Shown one piece after another: positions 1 to 9,300 of a stretch of 64,000 nucleotides of DNA; position 1 is the stretch's first letter, and the number at the start of each line of letters is the position of its first letter. The notes under the pieces are model-generated. The model was not told where the DNA came from, ran no database searches, and saw only the letters and a program-made list of their open reading frames with translations. The stretch spans positions 683,969 through 747,968 of the forward strand of contig CP011209.1 of NCBI GenBank assembly GCA_001029635.1, read 5' to 3'. Made by a program: the position numbers and the translations under genes. Source of the DNA: Candidatus Wolfebacteria bacterium GW2011_GWB1_47_1. GTDB lineage: Bacteria; Patescibacteriota; Minisyncoccia; UBA6257; UBA9933.

Positions 1-952
1 TCTTGACAATTGCAGGAATCAACTTCCTTGGTAGTAGATCGTCAAGGCTATTACGGAACGTCTTGTTCTGATACTTCTTAAAATCCTTTTGCACGCGTTC
101 ATCTAACTGCGTAACAGACAGCGCCGGCTTTAGATCGAGCGTCAATAGAACTTCGGTCGTCTTATCTTTCAATACCTCTCCTACCCGCTTACTTATATCT
201 AATATAGCCGGTCCGCTCATGCCAAAGTGCGTAAATAGGATATTACCCGTTCGAACGGAGTCCTTTTTCCCATTAACCCTTAGCGTCACCTCAATATTGT
301 CCATACTCAACCCTTGTGTCTGCTTTACCCATCCATCACTTATCTTCAGCGGCACCAGTGCCGGGAACGGATTCAGTATCGTATGCCCCAGCGCTGAAGC
401 CCACTTTAATCCTTCTCCTGTTGCTCCGGTTTCCGGTCGTGACCTTCCTCCGGTCGCTAAAATATAAGCTTGCGCCTCAATCTCGCTTCCTCGTAAATTA
501 AGGTGAGTTAGCCTACCCTCCTTTTTATTGAATCCGGCAGCAGTCGCCTCGGTTGCAATAGTTACTCCTCCTTTTTCCATATATGACTTGAGCGCCTCAA
601 GCACGTCCGCTGCATCATTCGATACCGGAAACACCCGTTTACGATCCTCCATTTTCGTCTTAACTCCCAATCCTTCAAAAAAATCTATCGCTTGTCGCGT
701 ACCAAATGCCGCGATCGGTGAAAAGAAAAATTTGCCGTTCTTGCCAAGTTTTTCAATAAATTTGCGTGCATCCGTTTCAGCATTTGTCAGGTTACAACGA
801 CCTCCTCCTGTAATCAGCAGCTTCTTTCCCAATTCGGGATTTTTTTCAACCAAAATAACTCGAGCTCCCAGCTCCGCCGCTCGCCCCGCCGCCATCATAC
901 CCGCAGGACCTCCCCCTATTACCGCAACGTCAAATTGGTTCCGTTTTTTCAT
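1..952 (-). CDS. NAD(P)/FAD-dependent oxidoreductase, HI0933/BaiN family (runs off the left edge)
   Basis: Missing from the ORF track. Translation from ATG at 952 gives MKKRNQFDVAVIGGGPAGMMAA...EKNPELGKKLLITGGGRCNLTN (GxGxxG plus the GGGRCN signature). Confidence 0.92.
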   Translation of the reverse strand, partial: MKKRNQFDVAVIGGGPAGMMAAGRAAELGARVILVEKNPELGKKLLITGGGRCNLTNAETDARKFIEKLGKNGKFFFSPIAAFGTRQAIDFFEGLGVKTKMEDRKRVFPVSNDAADVLEALKSYMEKGGVTIATEATAAGFNKKEGRLTHLNLRGSEIEAQAYILATGGRSRPETGATGEGLKWASALGHTILNPFPALVPLKISDGWVKQTQGLSMDNIEVTLRVNGKKDSVRTGNILFTHFGMSGPAILDISKRVGEVLKDKTTEVLLTLDLKPALSVTQLDERVQKDFKKYQNKTFRNSLDDLLPRKLIPAIVK

Positions 953-1133
953 GGTTGTAAATTGTACCCCCCCTTTTAATTTTTGGCATCTTTCCCGTTT
1001 TTGGCAATCTCCTGAGCATACCAGTATTCGGGGAAAAAGCAAATTACATACTCCATCTGATATACATAAGTATACCATATTGCCGACATACGTAACCAAA
1101 AACTCCGCCCGAATGGCGAAGTCCTTAGTACGT

Positions 1134-1517
1134 TTATTTGTACTGTTGCGGGTTGATCAAGAAGTCTTTTACCTTTTCAACCACTTCTTTGATCGGATGT
1201 TGACTCTTCACAAAGTAATCCTTTGCTCCAAGAGAGATCGCCTGCTTGATGTCCTCGTCACCATCAAGATTTGATAGTACGATCACCGGGAGGCTTTCCA
1301 AATCGCGATCTGCCTTGATATCCTTAAGGACATCGATACCATCGCGCTTCGGGAGCATTAAATCGAGCAGTACGAGATCCGGACGCATCTTTTGAATGAT
1401 CGGGAGTGCTACCTTTCCATCCATTGCCAACTCCACCTCAAATTCCTCGCTTTCAAATTTTTCTTTAAGAACTCTTGCCAGAGCCTCCTCGTCTTCGACG
1501 ATAACAATTTTATGCAT
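1134..1517 (-). CDS. Single-domain response regulator (CheY-like receiver)
   Basis: VIVEDEE...DLVLLDLMLPKRDG...VIVLSN...DYFVK; likely start MHKIV at 1517. Confidence 0.92.
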   Translation of the reverse strand: MHKIVIVEDEEALARVLKEKFESEEFEVELAMDGKVALPIIQKMRPDLVLLDLMLPKRDGIDVLKDIKADRDLESLPVIVLSNLDGDEDIKQAISLGAKDYFVKSQHPIKEVVEKVKDFLINPQQYK

Positions 1518-1570
1518 GATATACAGTATATAGTAAATATCTCCCTGGGTAAAGTATACACCCAATCGGC

Positions 1571-3286
1571 TTATTTGTTAATCTCCCCGATGCTTTGCAC
1601 GCAATATTTACCCGATTTTTCGATATTTTCACTTGCTCTTTTCGCCAGATGTCTAATTTCCGAAACCTCGGTCTCATCAATCTTATCATCGCTATACTTT
1701 TCTAGGATCCTATCGATATCCTTCTTGAGCATGGCGAGCATATTAGTCACATCGCGCTGACAAATAACAATCTTTCTTGAACGCTGCTCCCGCTCAAATT
1801 TTACGAATAACCATCCCGCAATAAACGCGCCGATCAGGCCGATGATCAATACCGTAAAAAACCAGAATTGGGTCATCTCAAACTTCCCTAGCACTAGTGC
1901 TGGCCGAGGGCGAACCCTAAATACGTCCGATGTTACCGGGTAGCTCAGCGCTCCTCGGCCATCCCGTGCCGTTACCTCGATCACGTAGTCACCCTTCTTT
2001 AGCGGCCGATCGAATCGTGTAGCCCAGCTGCCGTGCGCATCGGAGTGCGTTTCTATCGCTTGCTCGATTTGCCCCTCCTTTGTTTTTAATTGTACTTGTA
2101 ATGTTATATCGGGCAATGCTGTTCCGATAATATCGAGTCGCCCCTCTCCAACGAATACATCACTCGTGAGTGACGTGATTTTTGGCGCCTCAAGCGGTTT
2201 AATCTCAAGATCCAATATATTTTCCACTACGTTTCCCGCATTGTCTTCCGCTCCAACCTTTACTATATATTTCCCAGGTTTTAGCGGTTCGAACGTATAC
2301 GGACCCTTTTCTACCGTAAGCTGCCCACCTCCATTCATTTGGATAAAGTACCGCTTCAATCCGGAAAGACCGTCAGCCGCAGTATAATCCATAGTCGGTG
2401 TTGGACTATCGGTCGCTTCCCCTTCGCGTATGCGCACTTGGAATGCAGGTGGGGGTGTCGTGTCAATAGCGATACGATAATGCAATGTTGGCCCCCATCC
2501 AATATTATTTCTGAAGCGGACATGTAAGTACGAAACCCCTTCGCTCATTGGCGGGAAAATCTTATTATCAAACAACCCCTCCGAGCCAACCGGTATATGG
2601 GTTGGATCTTTACTTATCACGGTTGAGACATCAGTAATATCATTCGGCAACTGCCATGATGCCGAAAAACGGGTTACATGGCTATACCACGTTTCAGGAT
2701 CTCGATATCCCACTACCTGGATTTCCGGCTTTGCCGGGACGCGTTCCGCCCGTTCGGCGGGACGTGTGATCTGTGTCGGCTTCGGTGTGATCGTCTCAAG
2801 TTCTGATTTTGGAGCACTTGTAATCGAAAGCCCCTTCATTGAGGATAGGACGTTCGTGCCGCTTCCGTCGCTTGCCGTTACGGCTCCGTCAGTAAATACG
2901 ATATCCGTTTTTCCGCTCCCTTTAACTCGGAAGGTGACCTTAACAACCTGCAATGAACGCCCGGAAAATCCACTTGTGGATCCTCCGATAAAGTTCACCT
3001 GCCCGGAGTCATTTGAGAATGTAGGCTCGGTTAGCCAAAAATTAAAGACTGATCCACTCTTGTCGACACCTACAATCTCTAGTACATCCTTTGAAATCTG
3101 TACGACTCCTTGCACAGCATTAATTCCGGAACCTTCACTATCCACTTTCACATCAACTGTAAATTGGTCGCCAATGGCGAACGCATCCTTTTCGGTCGAC
3201 AACTGAAGCGTCGCCGCTGACGCAAGGTTAACCCCCGCAAACAATATCAGTGCAACGCTGACAAATAATGCAAGTATATGTTTCAT
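1571..3286 (-). CDS. Secreted cohesin-domain protein with Ig-like domains, a C-terminal TM helix and a cytoplasmic tail
   Basis: Signal peptide; GDQFTVDVKVDS..INAVQGVV..FW..P..NDSGQVNF.GG..VTFRVKGSG...ASDGSGTNVL is cohesin-like; IDTTPP and DAHGSWA Ig motifs; TM FWFFTVLIIGLIGAFIAGWLF. Confidence 0.8.
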   Translation of the reverse strand: MKHILALFVSVALILFAGVNLASAATLQLSTEKDAFAIGDQFTVDVKVDSEGSGINAVQGVVQISKDVLEIVGVDKSGSVFNFWLTEPTFSNDSGQVNFIGGSTSGFSGRSLQVVKVTFRVKGSGKTDIVFTDGAVTASDGSGTNVLSSMKGLSITSAPKSELETITPKPTQITRPAERAERVPAKPEIQVVGYRDPETWYSHVTRFSASWQLPNDITDVSTVISKDPTHIPVGSEGLFDNKIFPPMSEGVSYLHVRFRNNIGWGPTLHYRIAIDTTPPPAFQVRIREGEATDSPTPTMDYTAADGLSGLKRYFIQMNGGGQLTVEKGPYTFEPLKPGKYIVKVGAEDNAGNVVENILDLEIKPLEAPKITSLTSDVFVGEGRLDIIGTALPDITLQVQLKTKEGQIEQAIETHSDAHGSWATRFDRPLKKGDYVIEVTARDGRGALSYPVTSDVFRVRPRPALVLGKFEMTQFWFFTVLIIGLIGAFIAGWLFVKFEREQRSRKIVICQRDVTNMLAMLKKDIDRILEKYSDDKIDETEVSEIRHLAKRASENIEKSGKYCVQSIGEINK

Positions 3287-3349
3287 GACTCGGTTCGTAG
3301 TAAATGATCTTTTTTGTAAGTATAGCATAGAATGAACAGCGACACACTC

Positions 3350-6300
3350 TTAGCCGCCTATCGTCGACCTGATAAAAATGCTGAAGTCTGAGATATCAAC
3401 CTTCCCATCATCGTTCAAGTCGACTTGCCTTCTTTTTTCGGCATCCGTCGATCCAAATCGCGTCAAGAAAATACTCCAATCCCCAATATCGACACTTCCA
3501 TTATTATTCAAGTCGGCGCGCGTCACCAAAGTACGTGTTACCGTGAACACCTTTAGCGGAGACCAATCACTTTCAATGCCATTTTTATCAACCTGCTTTA
3601 CGCGGACTACATGCCCTCCATATGCGAGTTCGCGCGTATTAACCAGGAGTCGATATGTTCCTCCACTCCCTACCGCCACCTCTGTTTCGACCAGTTGTCC
3701 ATCGATTTCCGCCTTAACCACACTGCCCGGCGCCGCCGAACCGGTAAGCCCAACATTATTGCCGATGGTCACCGTACGCGACACCAACCCCGCGGTCGGC
3801 GCGATATACAAATTCTTCTCTTCGGTCGCACGCGTCACCTTGTCCATGGTGTAGGTCTTGATCTGCGCGATCTTCCCATCTTTGTCCAAGATGGCAAGCC
3901 CAAACGATTCCAATCCGCGCAATGCGCCCGAGAAGTCTATTGTGAACGTACCATCGGCGCGCACTTCGATGTCTCGCTCAAGCGGAATGTCCTGCCCACC
4001 AACACGCGCGAAAAGCGATACGCGAGCCCCCGGATACGCCCGCCCGGTAAAGGTAACGGACGGCGCAACATATACACCGCCGCCACCTCCCCCCCCACCT
4101 ACGGATGTCTGGCGAACAAAGAACATCACATCCTGCGTCGAGGTGATCCCTAATGTCGATGTCGAACCGGTCAAGCGCTCCAGCGACAACTGCACCGTTT
4201 CAGCAACGGTATCTGAGACCGTCACAGTCCCAATGCCGTCCACTATATTTACAAGAGCCCGACCATCCAATTTCATCGGTGACGACGTGATCGTTGAAGT
4301 ACTAAATACAAGATACACATCCTCCTGTACGGTCGCATCCAATCCGCCATCAGCATCCTGTGCCTGGATGATCACGACCGTATTTTCGTTCAGTCCAGCG
4401 TCTGCCGGATTAAGAACCACATACCGATCTGCCACTACCGGAGCCGCCGTCACAATCAATGAATCCGATGCATCGGCGATGCCCGCCGCTCCATCAGCAG
4501 CCGTTGCATTATCAGATGCCGTTATATCCCATGTACCGGCTTCTTCATCGTAATACCAGAATGTCGTTGACGCGAATCCGTTCGCAAGCGTCACGAATGA
4601 AATGGAGCTTGTGCCCGTTTCGGTCGCCTGAAATCGCGCCTGCGCACCCGTTGAACTGGTGTACAGGTACACGAGATTGCTCCCCGAGGTCACTACGTTC
4701 CCATACTGATCCTTTCGCGTTACCGTATATGACGTACTCGTTCCTGCCACTATACTGGTCTGATCGGTGAGCGTGAACTGCGTCACTGTTCCTGCGGTCC
4801 AGATGATCGACGCGGTGTCGGTCACGGCTAATCCTGTTCCCTGTGTATCGGACAGCGCCAAGTTGACGGTCTCCGCTACCGTATCAGTCAACGTAATCGT
4901 TCCTTCGCCATTTACGATATCAATCAATACCTGTCCATTGGTCAGTCCGGTGCCGCTTACCGATGTCACACCCGTGACCAGTGTCACATCATTTTGATAG
5001 TTCGTGTCGATATTTCCAAAATCATCCTGCACCTGCACCGTCACCAACGAAGATGCTCCCGCTGCCAAGGTCTGCGGATCCGGTTCCGGCTCAAATACGA
5101 ACCGGGTTCCGGTCGCAACCTGCACCGATATCATATCGGATGCATCGATGATACCCGCCACTCCATCCGGCGCGGTCGCATTATCCGAGGCAGTGATCGT
5201 GTGATCTCCGCTGGTCTCTTCGTAATACCACGCACTCTGCGATGACTGGCCGCCGCCGATCGTCACGCTCGTTACCACATTGCCATTTGTTGCAGCATCA
5301 TAGAATGATGTGCCTACTCCTGCTGGATTCGCATAGAGATATGCCGTCGTATCGCCCGCTGTTACCGGGTTATTGAACTGATCCTTGCGCACCACCGTAT
5401 ATTGCACACGGCTTGCCGGGTTCATACTGGTCCGATCATTGATCGTGAACTTGGCGATCGCCGCCGGATCGATCACGATATCATCGTATCCGATCACTGC
5501 GCCCGTCTGAGTAGTCACCTGATAAGACCCTGCCACTTCGTTGTAATACCAAAACTGTGCCGAAGCATTCCCGGCATCAATCGCCACTGACGTAATTACC
5601 GAGCTTGAGGTTGAGTTGCTGCCATAAAACGTCCCCGGGGACGTCGTTGGCGTTGCCGAAATACCTACGGTTATCGAACTGCTAGTGATCTGATTATTGT
5701 ATTGATCGGTGCGCGTGACCGTGTACGCGACCAGATCTCCGGCCGTCGCATTGACCACGTTGTTCAGATTCAATTTTGCGAATGCGCCCACTCCGAACAT
5801 CACATCCTGGGTTGATGTAGCCGCCAAGCCCGTGCTCTGCGTGTCCGACAGCGACAATGTCACGGTCTCCGCTACTGTATCGCTTACCTGGGTCGTGCCA
5901 ATGCCACCTTCAAGATCTACCAATACCGGATTGGCGACCGCACTCCCCGTTACCAACAATGTCACATCTTCGGTAAAGCTCGGCACTACCTGGCCAAATT
6001 CATCCAATGCCCGCACGGTCACCGTGATCGAGGCATCCACCGTACCATCGGTCGGATCTACGATCTCAAACCGCACCGCAGTCGGTGTCACTAAAATTTC
6101 ATTTGATGCATCATTAATACCTTCATCTCCGTCCGGCGCGGTCGCATTGTCCGAGACCGTTACAGTCGTTGTTGCCGGCGTATTGCTATAGAACCAGAAA
6201 CTGGTCGTTGCATTGCCCGGTGTAAACGCGATCGCAGTGATCTCGTTACCGCCCGCATCTGTGTCATAAAACTTTGCCGTACTGGTCGGGCTTGCATACA

Positions 6301-9300
6301 TATATGCAGGCGTCGTGCTCGCGCTTACGAAGTTACCGTATTGATCCTTGCGTCCCGCAACAAATTCCTTGCGCGTATTCTGCTCCATATCACCACTATG
6401 CGTCAATGAGAACTGCGCGACCGCTCCCGGCGCAAATACCACATCCTGTGTCGAAGATGCAACATTCAGTCCGGTGCCCTGCGAATCTAATAGCGAAAGG
6501 AATACCGTTTCCGCTATGGTATTCGAAATGGTTGTTGTACCCGATCCGTTGATGATATCCACCAACGTACTGGTCGCATTTACCTGTCCACCCGTGCTCG
6601 ACGCGATTAGCGTTACATCGCTCTGATAATCGGTGATCAAGCGCCCCAGATTGTCCTGCGCCTGCACTACGACCGTGATCGGTGCGTCCACCGTACCATC
6701 GGTCGGATTGATAATCATAAATCGGGTTGCCACCGCATTGACCGCAATGGTACTGGTCGCATCGTTGATGCCCGCATTGCCATCGGGAGCCGTTCCATTG
6801 TCCGACGATGTGATCGTATAGGTGCCCGGCTCTTCATCGTAATACCATGCCGCTGTTGTACTCGCCCCGGACCCGATGATCGCTGAGGTTATCACCGTTC
6901 CATTGGTCGCGGCGTTGTAAAACACAGCCGACGATGAGGTCGATGTCGTATAGAAATAAACGGTCGTATCCGGACCACTGGTCACCGGATTACCGTACTG
7001 GTCCTTTCGTGTCGTCACAAATCCCGCACGATCTCCCACATTGAGCGTTGCCGGTCCGGCGAGCGCAAGCTGCGTGATCACACCATGCGCAAAGGTCGCC
7101 GATGTGGTCGCGCTTACATCCAAACCCGTTCCTTGTGTATCGGTCAGTGACAATGTCACGGTCTCCGCTACCGTATCCGATATGGTCGTTGTCCCTGCGC
7201 CGTTCACGATATTAACCAGTATGCTCTCCGGCGTTGCAGAGTCGCTCGCATTGAGCGTTATGTCGCTTTGATAATTAGTCACTACCGTTCCATTTTCGCG
7301 CTGCGCCTGGATCGTGGCCGTGATCGGCCCATCTACAGTGCCGCTGTACGGAGCGCCACTAAATGCAAACTTCACCGCACCGCGGGAAATGATAAATGGA
7401 GATGTCGCCGTTCCTCCGCCCGGCCCTGGATTGGTCACTTCAACGGTCGATGTTCCAAACGTTGCCAATAATGATGCCGGGATGCTCGTTTCGATGACCG
7501 TCGTCGAACTTGCCGAGATCGTCAATAACGTACCATCAAAGGTCACCGTCGTACCGCCGATAAAGTTCGTACCATCGATCGTTAACGATGTCGTAGCACT
7601 TCCTTCTTCCGCAGTATCGGGGACCAGCGAAGTAATGGTGGGCGTCTGATTTTTTCTCAGGAATGTGACACTTGTCGTTGAAAGCCCCCCACCTGGAGCC
7701 GGGTTAAATGCGGTAATGGTCGACGTGCCCGCGGTCGTCAACATTGCCGCTGGAATGGTGGCGGTTGCCGTCGTTGCATTGATAAGCGTGGTCGTTAGGT
7801 CGTCGCCATCAAAGCGGATCACTGTTGACGATACGAACCCTACTCCCGTTACGGTAATGATCGTATCCGGCGATCCGATGAACGCTTCACTTGGGTCGAC
7901 ACTAGTGACACTCGGAGTCGGGTTTCTTCGGATGAACGTTTGCCCGCCCGATGTTCCTCCGCCCGGGGTCGGATTAAACACAGTCACGGTCGATGTTCCT
8001 ACTGTCGTCAGCATTGCAGCTGGAATGGTGGCGGTCAGTTCGGTCGGGCTTACATACGTTGTTGTCAGATTGCTACCATCAAAGCGCGCGACGGATATCG
8101 CATAGAAATTAGTGCCGGTCAATGTGATCAGTGTATCCCCGCTTCCTACGTTTGCTTCAGCCGGGTCGATACTCGTCAATGTTGGCGCGCGGTAGTGGAC
8201 ATTGGTCGTGGTCGCCGCAGAGCCTCCGCCCGGTGTCGGGTTGGTGACCGTCAATGAGAATGCGCCGGTGGTCGAAGCGACCGCGGCGGGTACCGTTGCA
8301 ACTATCTCGGTCGCGCTGTTTGTCGTTGACACCAGTGTTGCTCCTGCAAACACAACCACTGAACTGCTGTAAAAATTGGTGCCGGTGATCGTAACGACCG
8401 TCTCTTCATTTACATAGATCGGATCTGGTGCGGCGGTAGTGATGGTCGGCGTCTTGTGATGCACATTGAATGTCTGCGTATTGGATGTTCCTCCGCCTGG
8501 AGTCGGGCTGAACACGGTTATCTGCACCGTATCGGTCGCGGTCGTCAGATCGCTTGCGGGAATGGTCGCTTCAAGCGTGGTCGACGATATATAGGAAGTG
8601 ACCCGGTCCGATCCATTGAATCGCACCACGGAGTCGGAGACGAAGAACGTTCCATTTACCGTCAATGTAAATTGCGCGTCGTTCACAAACTTCGTATCGG
8701 GACTGATCCCGGTCGTGGTCGGCGTCGGATTCAGTTTTGCAAATGGCCTTCCTTCGGAAGTTCCCCCTCCTGGGGTTGGCGTGAACACGGTCACAGTCGA
8801 TGTGCCTACTGTCGTCAGCATTGCAGCTGGAATGGTGGCGGTCAGTTCGGTCGGGCTTACATACGTTGTTGTCAGATTGCTACCATCAAAGCGCGCGACG
8901 GATATCGCATAGAAATTAGTGCCGGTCAATGTGATCAGTGTATCCCCGCTTCCTACGTTTGCTTCAGCCGGGTCGATACTCGTCAATGTTGGCGCGCGGT
9001 AGTGGACATTGGTCGTGGTCGCCGCAGAGCCTCCGCCCGGTGTCGGGTTGGTGACCGTCAATGAGAATGCGCCGGTGGTCGAAGCGACCGATGCTGGCAA
9101 CGTCGCCGTGATACTTGTTGAACCGGTCGTGGTGGACGACAAAGTCGTTCCCGCAAATTTCACTACGGAAGCGCCATAGAAGTTAGTGCCGGTGATCGTG
9201 AGTATCGTGGTCTCATTTACATACACCGGGTCGGGGGTGTTGGACGTGATGGTCGGCGCGCGGTAGTGGACATTGAGATTTCTTGTATCCTCACCCCCTC

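Noticed and set aside
219-1274. Plus-strand ORFs 219-467, 316-501 and 528-1274
   Set aside because: Antisense shadows of the minus-strand flavoprotein and receiver genes.
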